Shown here piece by piece: positions 38,856-52,306 of a stretch of 64,000 bases of DNA. The position numbers were made by a program, and so were the translations under genes. Position 1 is the first letter of the stretch. Every line of letters begins with the position of its first letter. Below the pieces are notes generated by a model, which had not been told where the DNA came from, did not search any database, and worked only from the letters and a program-made list of their open reading frames with translations. Origin of the DNA: Podarcis liolepis (taxonomy: Eukaryota); the NCBI GenBank assembly GCA_965112155.1, contig OZ218106.1. One strand, 5' to 3'.

Positions 38856-41800
38856 TATTTCTTCAATTCTACATTGATAGGGAATCCTTGATATGCATGA
38901 GATGGCCACTAGGAGTGCCATATCCAAATCCTACACAAATTGACTTTCTGGCATATGTAGAAATGCACACTGTAATGTTACATAGTAAAACGATTGAACA
39001 GCTACCAATCAAATGCATACAATGAAACTCAGTGGCATTTACTTTTAGGTGAACATACACAGGATAGTGCAGCAAAACTCTGAAACAAGTGTTGTGTTGT
39101 AATGCTGTGCTATACATACAATATATGCCTTCTCCCTCTGTACTAGCTGCCTAGATTCAGTTTAGGGCTTGTTGCAAGTAAATATGCTCAGTCTCATACT
39201 TAAGTGACCTGGGCTGACCCGAGCCTCACTGTAATTATCTTGTAAGAACAGCTGGCATTCCTGGCTAAATAAATGTTTGATATCGAGCATTTTCTATTCT
39301 GTGGCATAAACCTTTAGCACAAAGCTATCCTTGACAAAGAAAGAACTGTGACATTGCAGAAGTGTCTAGGACTTGGCCCTGCCATTAGGCAGAGTGAGGT
39401 GCCTGTCTCAGGCAGCAGGTCTTGGGGGAGAGGGCGGGGAATGGCTGCAGCCCTCGGACTGTTCCTCATGCAGCTCTATTGGATGATAGAGCTGTGTACA
39501 GTCAAGCACAGCATACCAGCCCACTGCCAGACTTCTCTGTAAGTGGAATAGGAAGGGAATGGCATCTTGTTCACTTCAGGCAGCAAAATGTAGTTTGCCA
39601 CATCTGTAGGGGGGCAAACCTCCATATGCCCATTGAAAGTGTGTCATGTTTCCTTATTAATCTAAATGACTCTTGCGGGGGAAGAGAATATCAGTGTGGC
39701 TGTACACTTTCATATACTCCAATTATACTGCTGTGCATTCTTCAGAGAACAAATCAGGAATAACTTTTAAAGTGCATAGGAACTGTAATGAATTTTGAGA
39801 CTTCTAGGTCTACTTTTGATTTTATTGCAATTTCCCCTAGAATAAAAGAATCAATGGAGTAATGAATGAAAGTACAGGCACCTAATTATAGATTGCCTGA
39901 ACTGTCTCTCATGTATTTTAGAGCTTTTTTTCTGTTTCTTCCAACCTGGCATTATTTTAGAGCTTTTAAATATGCATCCGAAGACAATAACCCAGCTGTG
40001 AGAAAGCTGAGTATGGTGTTATTTTTAAGTCAAACAAATGTAGGTGGAAAAAAGAAGTGTACAAATACAAGGTTGTCTATAAATGTTAATGCATGTATTT
40101 ATGTGCACGATTCCAGAGATTTTGTTGTGTATTTTTGGAACACCACTTGACTTGGCAAGGAAGCAACGTCTCAGACCATGAACTACTATATGGGCAAATA
40201 AACATGCTTTTCTATTTGTTTTCCTGTTTCTCCTTATCAAACTATATACTTTGCTTTTTAGCTACTGTCATACCATCTTTGTTTTTCTAGGCGTCCTTAA
40301 GCATGACAGAGTGGAGATTAAGTGGTTCACATTTCTTCTTTAAATGTTTTCGTATCTTTTCAAAAACCAGGAAGTCTGTAGGAAGATCCTAATAACACCC
40401 ATCTGTTGTAATAAAACATGAAGTGTGTGTGTATGAGAGATAGAGGATCTGCATGGGCTATCCCTGCCTCCATCAAAGCAATGTGACCCACTGGATCTGG
40501 ATCCCCCACATAGTCTGTTCCAGAGGGTTGAGGACCTGTCAGAGCAGCATCAAAGGCATCACAAGGACTGCAGTGGGAAAGGGGAATCCTGGAAAAAATG
40601 CCTCCCCTCCTACAATAGCAGACACTTGGGCTGGATCAAAAGCTATTTTGCAAGTCTAATGACAGCACTGGATTTCCCCACTATCTGGAGCAGGCTAAGC
40701 ATCTGTTGAATGAACCGTTAATGAATACCAATACTCTCCACCTTTGCCTTTGATGGCTTAAAATCTTGAATATATAAAACCTGATTGTATGGAATTCAAG
40801 TCAGCATGAATTTTTATTTGAACACATTCCGCCATTCTCAAATGCCATTATTTATTCTTGTGGAAGCGCTAACACGAAAAATGCTTTTTTAAGAGAAAAG
40901 GAAAATGATCCATCATCTACAATGATAGATGAGCATTCTCCCTATGAAAAGGCCTTCCAGCTCTCAGCTGCGTTATGTAAAGCAGCTTGTGAAAAGCAAC
41001 TCAGGGAAGTGGGATATCAGGTGCTTTGAGTTTCCTTCTGCAGGTATGTGGTCACCATCACCTTCTACAAATAAATCTCCAAAGAGAGCAGTATCCTAAA
41101 TCTGTAAGATTGGTTTGGATATATTTTTCTTGTTTTTGTTCTTAAATGGTTTTGTTGGAAGTGATTGATAAATGGAATTAATTAATAAAATAAATAATGT
41201 TGCACAGAGACTGGGTGGCAGGCTTAAGCCATAAAGGCGGGGGGGACAGCACAATGTGTGGATTTTGTTAGTTTTTTTGTATCAAAAAAGCTTGGTTTTA
41301 TTTAACACTTAATAACTAATTAAATAAACCCAGGATTTAAAGATTAGTCTTGTAAAAGCTGCTACAACCAAGCACCCATGCAGAATGATATATACTGAAG
41401 CTAGCCTATAGCACTAACCTCGGTAGAAGCACAAAGACTCCTTTGTAAATGAATGACACAGTTTTATTATGTACATGGATAAAAAGGAAGATAGAGGACT
41501 CCCCTCACATTATAAAACAGTTGGTACAAATTTTTTTTTTACCTTCCTCCCGCACGTGTCATATTATCACAGAGACCCTAAGATGCTGTGCTCTCGCATG
41601 AGAAAATGGGATGTCCAGGTTTTTTCCAGGACACTTGTGGGGTATGGCATTTTTATTTGTAAATGTATCCTCACAGAATATGTTCACAATCACAGTGTTT
41701 ATGTTGTTGGTGTTTTTTTAATCATGGAGTGTCTGTCCAGAACAACACCTGAAGTTACAGTGATGGAGGAACACAACGATCTCCAGTCACTTGCCATCAG

Positions 41801-42907
41801 CAAGTGGGGTTGTTGTTTTTTACAACTTTTCAAATGTTATGCAATTTCAAGTGAGCTGCAGCCATCAAAAATGTTCTCATGTCTTTATGAAGATTGTTAT
41901 ATTTATCAGCAAGTACCATTAGCAATATGTATCTGGGATACAGCTTGATCATTTGCTTAGTAAACTGAGATATCTTATGGAATATCTCCCCTGAGCACAA
42001 TGTCTATAATTACTACACTATGCTCCTACAACTTTAGCAGAGGAGACAGGTTATGTGACGTGCCTGCTATTATGTTATGCAGTGTGCAGGATTCATAGTG
42101 TTGCAGAATGGATGAGTTGCATTGGAAAGTAATGCTCTTTGATAGGAATCATTATATTCTAACTCCAGCTCATATATCTGAGGCCCTATGTAGCCAAGGG
42201 ATATATATGTCTCTCTAATTCAGCCTGTTACTGGGACCAAATTAGATCTTCTAAAAACAAAATTCTGTTTTCCCTACATTCATAATTACGGGGAATGTAA
42301 CATGGGGAATCCCCTCCACCCCCCTCCAATTGCACATAACTGGATAACCCTGTCTCCATCATTCTAAATTGTCAGGAGGAATTTGAAGATGTTTCTGTTT
42401 GCTCAGACATTTGGTGATTGAAGAATACTGTTCCTGGCAACTCTTAAGATGAGTGGAAGGAATAATGTTTTGTAACTGTGACTGTTTTTATAATTTTTTA
42501 ATTGTAGTCATTTTAGATTTTTTAAAAAATCTCAATTGTTTTTAGAATAATTTAACTTTTCAAGAATGACTTTGCTATGCTTGTTTTAAAATTTTGTAAC
42601 TCCCCACCCCACCCCTGGGCTCCCTGGGCAAGAAGGGTGAGGTATAAAATCAATAAAGGGTAGAAGGGTAGAAGTTGAGAACTGGGGCAGGGTGTGTGTG
42701 ATGAAATGTCTGGAATCCTCAACTAAAGCTCTCTGTGCTGCAACATTTCTTTAATTCCTTTGCAGGTTCCACTTGTTCAGCTGAAACTGGTTCACATAAT
42801 TCAAAAGTGAACCTAAGTGAGAGGTTATCAAAAGCACAAGTATCTCTTTATCTCATGAGAAGAAACCAAGAAACCTGACAGATGCTAGGGAATTCAAATA
42901 ATATCTC

Positions 42908-42909
<2 letters not shown>

Positions 42910-42958
<49 letters not shown>
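42910..42958. repeat. (AT)n microsatellite
   Basis: Direct reading. Confidence 0.98.
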
Positions 42959-42959
<1 letters not shown>

Positions 42960-43949
42960 CTTCTTCCCATTTTTTGTTTTTGTAATGGAAACCCATAGAG
43001 GAGTCACAAGAAAGGCTGAAAGAGAGAAATATCCTATACCACAAAAGACAGTCCTGAGCGTTTATCTAACAAAAAAGTCATTTCAGTCATTCTGCTCTCT
43101 CTGCACTTTCTCTAAAGACAGGAAGAGACAAAAGAGGCAGGAGGAGACAAGAGAAAATGACCCCATGCAGTCACTAGTTCATCAAGGCACTTGGAGACTT
43201 AATGTAGACTTCCTCTGTTCGGAAACGCTGCAAAAGAATGTGCTTAAGTTTCTGAAGAGTTTACAAGAGAAAACTTGAAAACAGTAGAAGGCTGGCAGTT
43301 CTCCTGTTGGTACTGCAACCATGCCAGCATGCTTTGTTCCTCTGTGAGGTTTACAGACTCTGGATAGACAATGAGCACACAGTGCTTTTTCTTCAGTAGG
43401 CTTTCACTGGAACACAATTGCAACTGCCTCGGCAGTAATGATGTTCTTCTCCACATGGGAAAGGATGTGACATGTGAGCCAATGTCATCTTAGCAGTCAG
43501 AAGTCGCAAACTTTCCACGATGTGCCATTTCAGCCAGAAAATCACCTGTCCATTTCCATGATGACTACCAACACAGGTAAATCTGATGTCAGCAGATTCA
43601 AAGATCTTTGTCCCAGATCACTGATGCTAATGTCTCTGATCTTCCCCCCTCTCTTCACAAATCATTGCATTGTCTGAAGGACAAACTTCTAGGAGGAAAC
43701 TTTCTCAAAGTTCAGCTACAAATGTCAAACATATAATGCACATAAGAGTCTGTATGGTCTGCAAGGCAGATGTGTGTGAGAGAGAGAGGACAGGGGGTAA
43801 CAAAAGAGTGCAAGCTGAAAGCTCTGGAATCATGGTAGATGATGTCTTTGTAGATGGAAATTGTTTATGCTCTAAGTGTGCTTTTGGTTGCACTTACAGA
43901 TAGAAGTCCAAGATCAGACATTTTATGATATCTATGTATTTGTATTTAT

Positions 43950-45015
43950 TTGCCCAGGCAGGCGCATTATGTGACCCATGAGAGCAGCAAATAACCAGAC
44001 TAGAGAATGGTGGTGGGACAAGATCAGGCCAAATCTTTATTGCTATCAGCAGGCAGGGCAAGGATTGGCATAGCATTGGGCTCCAGGATCTGTTCATCAT
44101 TCTACAAACCCCATGTTGATGGAATGGATCTGTCGGGTTTGGACTGCCCCAAACCTGTTACATAGGAGTCAGCCAGTGTTGAACCTTGCTGTGGTTGAAG
44201 CAGGGGCGGAGGAAAGGGGGTGCGGTGGGTGCAGTCCTCCCCGGGTGTCACCACTGAGGGGGTGACAAAATGCCAGGTGGCACTCACCATGGGGCCTGCA
44301 GCACACCTGAGCCACACATCTCTCCTGGGAGAGACGTGGTGGATTGGGCATGCGAAGGCTCAGTGCTGCCCAAATGGTCTGCCCACTGCTCCCCCCCCCA
44401 GCTGTAGGATGGCTAAGTGGGAGGAGGCAGGCAGACTCTGGAGCCGCTGGGTGGAAGCCAAGCAAGCAAGGTCTCACTGGGAGGCAGGGTACAGACTCCA
44501 GCCAGGCAGATACCCCATCCCGAACGTGGAGGTGCTGTTGCTAATCTTTCTCTTAGGCCCCGATGGGAGCCCCCCCCCGTATGATCCTGCCTAATGCCAT
44601 TTCTGGCCACATACAAGCAATGTTCTTCTGCCTAACAAAGGAATGCCACAATTTCACTACTGGAAAGGCAAACAAACAAACAAACAAAAAACACCCAAGT
44701 GCCTATCAGGTTGAGAGAGAAAATTCCTTGCTGGCCCTATCAACTAGTGACCCAAAATTTCTCAGCGAAGGCTCTAACCCGAGGGTGGGTGGGCAGGAAG
44801 CTCTTGGGGCAAAATGGCCCTGAGCTCCAGGGGAAGCAGCCTTATATAGCCTTTTCTCTCCTCCCCCTGTGCAAGGGCTCATGGGACAGCTTTTTCTCAT
44901 GAGCCCACACAGACTGGAGATTGGGCAAATTGCCCAGGACTTTGCTGCAATCTATGGTCCACAGTGCCACCTGGCAAAGGCATCCCATGCTTATTGGGCA
45001 TGGAATGAGGCTTAT
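43950..45015. repeat. Unclassified interspersed repeat (copy 2 of the 14567 family), interrupted by a MITE
   Basis: Collinear with 14567-15316. Minus-strand AATAAA at about 44036-44041. Confidence 0.7.
44201..44449 (+). mobile_element. hAT MITE (internally deleted)
   Basis: Starts caggggcggagg. TSD ggttgaag / ggtggaag. The empty site (ggtgcaag) is visible in the paralogous repeat near 14799-14806. Confidence 0.8.
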
Positions 45016-45109
45016 TTAAGTAATTTATTTAGAATGCATGAGGAGGATTGCTGAACTGATGAGCATACAAACCATAGCTTTACTATCCATCTGTTTGACT
45101 AGCACAGAA

Positions 45110-45446
45110 AGGTGGCGGTGGACGAAGCTGCTTGGGCACCTAGGGCGGCGCACCCAGGGCGGGGCGAGCCACCCATAGGGCGGGGTGCAACGCGGCTCCT
45201 CCGGAGTCTACCTGCCTCCTCCCACTCAGCTGTCCTAGAGCTGGGGGGGGGGAGGCAGCGGGCAGACTGTTTGTGCAGCATGAAGCCTGCATGCACCCAC
45301 AGCACTGCCTCTCTCCCAGGAGAGATGCGTGGCTCGGACACGCTGCAGGCCCTGTGGTGAGTGCCACCTGGCATTTTGCCACCCCCCGCCTCAGTGGTGA
45401 CATCTGGGGTGGCCCACACCAACCGCACCCCCTTCCTCCTCCCCTG
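45110..45446 (-). mobile_element. hAT MITE, same family as 44201-44449, opposite orientation
   Basis: Reverse complement shares gtcaccactgagg.gggg.tg.caaaatgccaggtggcactcacca and tctcctgggagag. Ends cctcctcccctg. Confidence 0.8.
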
Positions 45447-46654
45447 CAGTACATATGTACCGGTGTATACATTTTAAGTACCTACATGTCAGGGTGAGTA
45501 TGTGCTCTGATTGGACCAGAGTTCTGCCTCATGTGGAACACATGTATATCAGCACTAAGCTTATGTGGTCCCATAACCCCTTCCCATATTCTTTCAAAGT
45601 GGAGAGGAGTTGCCCAAAGCTCCCTAGCATGATTGTTCAGGGAACACAGAAAACAGCACAATTTCCTACTTGTTGCATCACTTCTGACACATGCTGGATC
45701 ATCTACTGCTGTCCTTTGCACATGCACTTCCATTAAATTATTATTTTTACTCATTTATTTTTATTCTAAAAATTCTAAACCGCTTTCCATTCATGAGAAG
45801 AATAAAGTGGATCATACACACACACCTAAAACCGAAGTAATCCATATGCTTCATAATGCAAATGGATCTGGGACTGATACTAAAGGGGTTACAAAAGTCC
45901 AGGGTAAACAAATGGGTCTCTAACTGCCTAATTTCCCTTGGGAGCATTCCACATAGTAGACATCACAAAGTAAAAGGCCCTTCTCTCCCACCAATCCAAC
46001 CTTTGTAAACTGTGGTACTGTCAGGACAATGGAAGCAAGTAGGAACTGGTCCTGCAGTCCTGAACTCTTTAGGTCTTTGTAAACCAAAACTAATGCCATA
46101 AACTTGGGTAACTGGCAGCGACTGCAGCCCCTTTGCTCACATTGGTGATATTTACCTTTATCCTTACTACTTTTAGGAGCATGTCATGTCCAAGGTCATA
46201 TCAGCGTAAGGACTCCAAGCTAGAGATGCACACCAGTTTGTCATTGACTCTTTTTACAGTGTTCTTTCTAATCTATCCTCAGTGAAATGTGACATTTTTC
46301 TATTGCTCCAATAAAAATTGCAGAAGAGCAATGGTGAAATCTGTGCTCCTGTGCAATGTTCTGTAATTCATTACATATAACTGAAGTTATAAGCCAAGGT
46401 CTTGAACACTTATCATAATAGATTCAGTTACATTTTCATAACAATAAGCCATCATGCCATTGATGGATCCCAGGTCTGGTTCTACGTCATACTAGCTGCT
46501 GCTCAATATGCAGTTTCCACTCCATGTTAATGCTATGTGTTTGTTAGCAAATGCCCAAGTGTCTTCTCTCTCTCAACAATAGCATTGTCACTAAGCAAAC
46601 TTCTAATTTGCTTCCATGGAAAGCACAGTTTGTGAGTTGAGCCCCCCCCCCCCG

Positions 46655-47219
46655 TGTGATGAAATAAGACACATGGGCACAAGTATTTTAGGTTAATGGG
46701 CTAAAAAAGGCCACAACTTTATTGGTTACAGAATGTGAGTGATATTGGCTTAGGCATTGGACCCGAAATACTATACTTGACTCCTGCCCACTCTGCAGGG
46801 AGTCACACAAGGGTTAACAACCTGTAGGGGGAGCTTGTTGATGCGAATCAACTGGAAGCTTTACCCTAGAGTCACCGGAGGGTTGTGTCATGGCCCTAGC
46901 CACCACCTGGGCATTGAACAGGAACCATGACCGCTGGATTCCTTTAAAGGAATACCCTTCAACGGGAGGGGTAGGTGATGGCCACAACCTCCCCTCCAAC
47001 ACACAACGCCATTTCCAATGCCTAACTGCCACCTGAGCTGAAGCCAGGAACAAGAAGGAGGAGCTTGTGTGCCCATGGCTGTTTTAAATGGCTAAAACCA
47101 TGCCCACCAGCCATGGTGGATTGGCTGGCTGGAGTGCATGACACGGGCACAGGATTCCAGTGATTCAGGGGGCCCGGCCACGCCTCCCCTGTGCACACGG
47201 GAAGTGATTTCCGCTCACA
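46655..47219 (-). mobile_element. Probable solo LTR (about 565 bp)
   Basis: TGTGA...TCACA termini and minus-strand AATAAA at about 46718-46723. TSD is imperfect within a C-run. Confidence 0.6.
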
Positions 47220-48457
47220 ACCCCTCCCCTCCAGGAAGAGGAGAGTCTTTGTTGAAACTGCTTCGCCTAATTTTATTATTTTTTAATACAGAAATTCATC
47301 TTGTGTCATTTGCTCTTAATGAGAACTACTGGGAATTGTTTTCAAGTTACTTCCATTGGCATATAATATCTATGAATCTTCAGGATAAGGGGTATGGCAA
47401 ATAAATACGCACAATTAATTAAAATGTTAAAGCAGTGCTTTTTGACACATAATTTGTTAGGCGTTCACATACCTTCCAACAAAGATGTTATCCAAGGTAT
47501 ATTAAGCTACATGCTTAACCTCTTGCTGAGAGTACAGTACTGGGAACATTTCATGGGGTCTTGTTTCACAAAGTGAATAAAGCAATGCTTTAGAGTTTAA
47601 GGGCTGTATCCAGTGCTGCAGGCCCACTGGTACATAGGACTTAAGTAAGTGCAATGGTTCGTCCTCTCCCCCTACTTGTCATCTCTACCCTCAAAATCAG
47701 TTTTGGGAGAAATGATAATCTAGAGCAGATTTGGGGGACATGTGAGAGGATGAGAGAACGCAGAAATTCCATTGCACAAGTGGAACTATGCATGTGGAGC
47801 ACTGGATACTACCCTGGGCTTATGAATATTGCAGGCAGCCTTCTGCAAGAGTGTATGATGTGTTGTTGCTAATTATTGTAATTTCTTATATAATATTTTT
47901 ATTATGTATTTATGTATTTATTTATTTGTATATTATTCACTTAAAAACATGAACACTGGCAGGTGTCCAACATGGCTTATAAACTCATAGGTTTTCAATC
48001 GATGCAGGTTTACACAAGTTGTACTGAAACAAAATCCAAATTCAGAGTTCTACCAATTCAGAAGAACCATTTGCAACTATTTCTCAGGATTTTCTATCCA
48101 GGTGTTTTAGGAAAGCTAAGAATTGTATTTTGTAGCTTACAAGCATGTCATCAGTAAGAAATGAGTGGCTCAGAGGGTACCTTTCTATTAAAATGAATAA
48201 CCACAACCAGGGCTTTTTTTCAGCCAGATCTTGCCGGAACTCAGTTCTGGCACATCTCAGGTGGGTGCCATTGACATTCTAAGAGAACAAGGGAGGTGTG
48301 ATCCAGAACTGTTGAAATGTGCAAAGCAAAACACCCACATTATTCCAGGTTTCCAGAGTTGCAAACAGATCCCCCCCCCCCGGAAAGTATTAATATAGAA
48401 ATGAGCACTAAACTTTCACAAGATTCCCAGAAGCAATTTTTATACTATGTGAAAGAG

Positions 48458-48460
<3 letters not shown>

Positions 48461-48497
<37 letters not shown>
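48461..48497. repeat. (AC)n microsatellite
   Basis: Direct reading. Confidence 0.98.
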
Positions 48498-48500
<3 letters not shown>

Positions 48501-49710
48501 TGAAACATCATGAAGATGGAACAAAGTGCTGTCTGAATGCAGCCAAACATATTTAATCAAGTTTTAATATAATTGTTTTAAAGCACAGATAAAAATAGAA
48601 TTGGAATGAGATTATGGATAAAAACATGGGGAAGTGTGATGAAGTAGAATTTATAAATGTTTTTATTTGTATTTGAGAAAGGTGAGATTCCTTCTTCCCC
48701 CTCTCCAATAAGCCCTTTCAATCTACTTCAGAAGTCCTCCAACTTTCTGGAACAAAAAGTGGAGTCTGTTTTGGGATCTGTTGATGGGGTTGGAGGGAAA
48801 AGAAGAAAACAAGAAGTCCCATTGTATAAGCTAATTTCCATGGTTCAAGTGTGAAGGCATAAATGGATTTTGTCCATTGTTTTCTGACATTTAAAGCCTG
48901 CTTCCAATTGTTTCAATTTTTATATTATATAAGAATATTGACCTTTTTTATTCTACATAAAAGTTTATGGAAGATAACACATGGAATAGTGGAGATTCAA
49001 AGCATTTCAAATGCAGAAGAAGTTGTTTTCAAGAACATGTGCAATATTAGACATTATTTTCTATACCAGGCCATGGGAGAAAAACAGACATTTCAAAGCA
49101 TTTCTCTGAACTGGCACTGAATGAGTTCCGTTGATTTAGAAGAGCTTCAGAAATTGTTTGTTCTCATCTCTTTCTCTGAATTCAGGCAGGCAGAGATGCT
49201 TACCTGTCAACGATGGGAAAGATGTCAACAATATCTACTTACAGAAGAACAAAAATAACCCCAAGATTCAACTCAAAAATATTTTAAATACATTATTAAA
49301 GGACAGTTGTTATTGAATTGCCATGAAAAAGGACCAAAAATAATTTCTTTGAATTTGATGTTGATTTTGCTGCTGCTGTTGTTGACTAACTTCTCAACTT
49401 GAAGGATATGTCTACCTGTCACTGTCAGATCTCATGTTTCCCCACAGCACAGCATCTGACATAGCACACGAATGAGTCCAAAACCAGTCTGTATAATATT
49501 TGTTTCTACACCTATCATATAAAATTCTTCAAAGGAGTGGCTGTTCCCTTTATGAACCAAAGTGCTGCCCTCCAGCTAAGAATGTGTGTCCTCATGTTAC
49601 CTTATCTTAACCCTGTAGAATCACTGCTGAGGCAAAAAAGTGCTCTTAGTCTTTATAGCATTTAATCTGAGACAGAGTCCTAACAAGACTATTACTGGCC
49701 AGTCAAAGAT

Positions 49711-49746
49711 AATGAATGAATGAATGAATGAATGAATGAATGAATG
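49711..49746. repeat. (AATG)n microsatellite
   Basis: Direct reading. Confidence 0.97.
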
Positions 49747-50073
49747 ATGGGGCCCATCCACCCCTCACCAGAAGGGGCTAGTAAAGATCTATGTCAGAAA
49801 CAAGGGAGAATAATAAAGATCTACATGAGGACCTTCTGCCGCTGTGGATCTGGCAACCTGTGGTGGTCACTTCACCTTACCTCATGGGTGGGCTAGCCCT
49901 GAGGCTATCAATATGAGAGGGAGAGGGATAGATTTTTAAGAATGGGATTTATAGTACAGATAAACTCATTTCACATGAATGAGATTGGCAACTTTGCAGA
50001 CAACAGAATTGGATAGTGAGCCAATTCACATGAAAGTTGTCTGGCCATGAGATGACCTCATGGTTAAAATCTA

Positions 50074-50121
50074 CCTTCCTTCCTTCCTTCCTTCCTTCCT
50101 TCCTTCCTTCCTTCCTTCCTT
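50074..50121. repeat. (CCTT)n microsatellite
   Basis: Direct reading. Confidence 0.97.
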
Positions 50122-52079
50122 TTTTCTTTTGAAAACAGCACAATGGAATGCTTCTTTGGCAGCCAACTTCTTGGGGATAGCACTGAGCAAGCTGTATTTC
50201 TGATTATGCAGTAGTGGGGAATCTACATAGAAATTATGGTCTGGAAAGGACAAATCCCTTGTTAGGAGGAAATGACCTGCCTATTTTGTGAAGAAACCCA
50301 CCTGCTTCTGGTTACTTCTCCCATTTTGCAGATGCAACCAGATTTCTTCTTTCAAAAAGGACAAACCTGAAGTGGAAGGGAGAAGCAGAAAACAAGTGAC
50401 CCTTTGACCACAATCCAGATGTACATGTCCCTGGCCCTAACTGAGAACAAGGCACCCTCTTTTTTGGAGTTGGGGAGGTTTGCTTTTTGAAACCACCTTT
50501 TGAATACTAGCTATTGTAAAGCAGAGGGAAGTAAAGCAGTATGGTCCTCCACATACAGATGGGCTCCAATTGCTGGTCAACGTTCAGGGATGAGGGGAGC
50601 TGTAGTGCAACAATATCTTGAGAGCCACGGGTTGGACACACTCATTCTAAAAGATAAACGTGCTGAAGTTTGTCATCTTGCTTTCTTGATAATCAAATCA
50701 ATGCTGACCCAAATGAAGTAAAACAACACAATAAAAGTGAATTAATCTGGAGGTTATTTAGTTCAGTAATAACCTTTCCCTTCAGTTTTTTTAAAGTAAA
50801 GCTTGGGATTTTGGTTCTGAACATTTCTACTAGCATTACTTTCTAAAGTCTGAGGAACTGATTTCTGAAATGGCAGAGTAATGTCAACTTTTATAACGCT
50901 TCACCTAAGCACTTTTTTTTGGTGATGCAGCAAATGTTGGCATAGGGCTGATTTGCCATCTTAGCTAATTGGGACAAACTGGCCCCAGTGTTCAATATGC
51001 GATACCTTTTAAATTTTATCTTGTATTATAAATTTTTAGTGTTTCTTTGCATTTTCATGTTAAAGGGATTCATATTACAACGGTTATCTGTCCAAGACTC
51101 TTTGTATTTTCTAATTGGGTTGTACAGTGTCTTTTATGAGCCTCAAGATAAATAATCAAAGAACCACAGGCTTGATGCTGCTTTTTGTTACTCATATAAA
51201 ACACACACAGAACACACACAGCCATTGTTACATATGAATACTTTGAATTCTACCAACATATCTATATCATTTTAATTGATTATTGTGTTATTCAAACAAA
51301 AGCATATCCTACAAGTGAAAGCCCACCTGGGTCTTCATAGTCTTGATAACATTTGGACACACAGAGGCTGCATTCAGACATCACTTCATCCCATTTTCCT
51401 GACATACCCTTACCTCATAATTTATGCATTTTAAGTGATCTTTGACATGATGGAAAATCCACTTCTTGAAATTTGGTGGAAAGTTAACATTCATTTTCAT
51501 GTTAATTGCTTATAGGAAAAAAACCAAACAAACCTGTTTCCATGCCTTTTAACCCAGAAAATAATTGGAGGAAGCAGGTTCTGCTGTAATCTTCCAGATA
51601 TTTTCATAGATTGTGCCATGTGATAAAATCTGGAGCAGGACTTCAGCATACGGTTCTTTCTGGCTGCTTTCATGGGTGAATCATGGGGAACAGAAACACA
51701 TATGAACAGAAAGGGTCATAACACGCCCAATCACATCCACCGCTTTGTTATACCATGCCCACTGGTGTGAAAGAATTTTACTGTGACATGGCGGTATATT
51801 GATCAAAAAGGCCCAGTTCCAAAGGAATGTTAGAAAGTGGAACAGAAACTCTACGTGTTTCTTTTGTGTTGTGTTTCTAGGCACAGGCCTGGGCTTTCCA
51901 GGTCTGTGTCTGACCAGGTTTTTTTGTGTGTGTATGTCCTGCCATTTTCCCTGGGAAAACCCATCAGTGAATTGGAGTAAACAGCAATCTGTAGAAAACA
52001 ACAACTATTTTATTATTTATACCCCACCCATCTGGCTGTGTTTTCCCAGCCACTGTGTGGTTTCCAGCACATATAAAAA

Positions 52080-52306
52080 TATTTTAAAAATGTCCAGTAG
52101 CACCTTAGAGACCAACTAAGTTTATTCTTGATATAAGCTTTCGTGTGTATGCACACTTCTTCAGATACACTGAAACAGAAGCATGCACTGTGCATGCACA
52201 CAAAAGCTTATACCAAGAACAAACTTAGTTGGTCTCCAAGGTGCCACTGGACATTTTTTTAAAAATATATTTTGACTGTGTCAGACCAACACAGCTACCT
52301 ACCTGA
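52080..52306 (+). mobile_element. Penelope-like pseudo-LTR with inverted 5' copy
   Basis: Inverted arms ccagtagcaccttagagaccaactaag... / ...cttagttggtctccaaggtgccactgg. 3' end cagaccaacacagctacctacctga. 9-bp TSD atataaaaa (52071-52079, 52307-52315). Confidence 0.85.
52131..52170 (-). ncRNA. Minimal type-I hammerhead ribozyme motif (PLE type)
   Basis: GUAU-CUGAAGA (52158-52164)-A-GUGUG/CAUA/CACAC-GAAA (52139-52142)-GC-UU^AUAU. Stem III is palindromic AGCU. Stem I is GUAU:AUAU. Confidence 0.8.

Noticed and set aside
41469-41948. 159-aa ORF
   Set aside because: No recognisable domain, atypical composition and no splice support.
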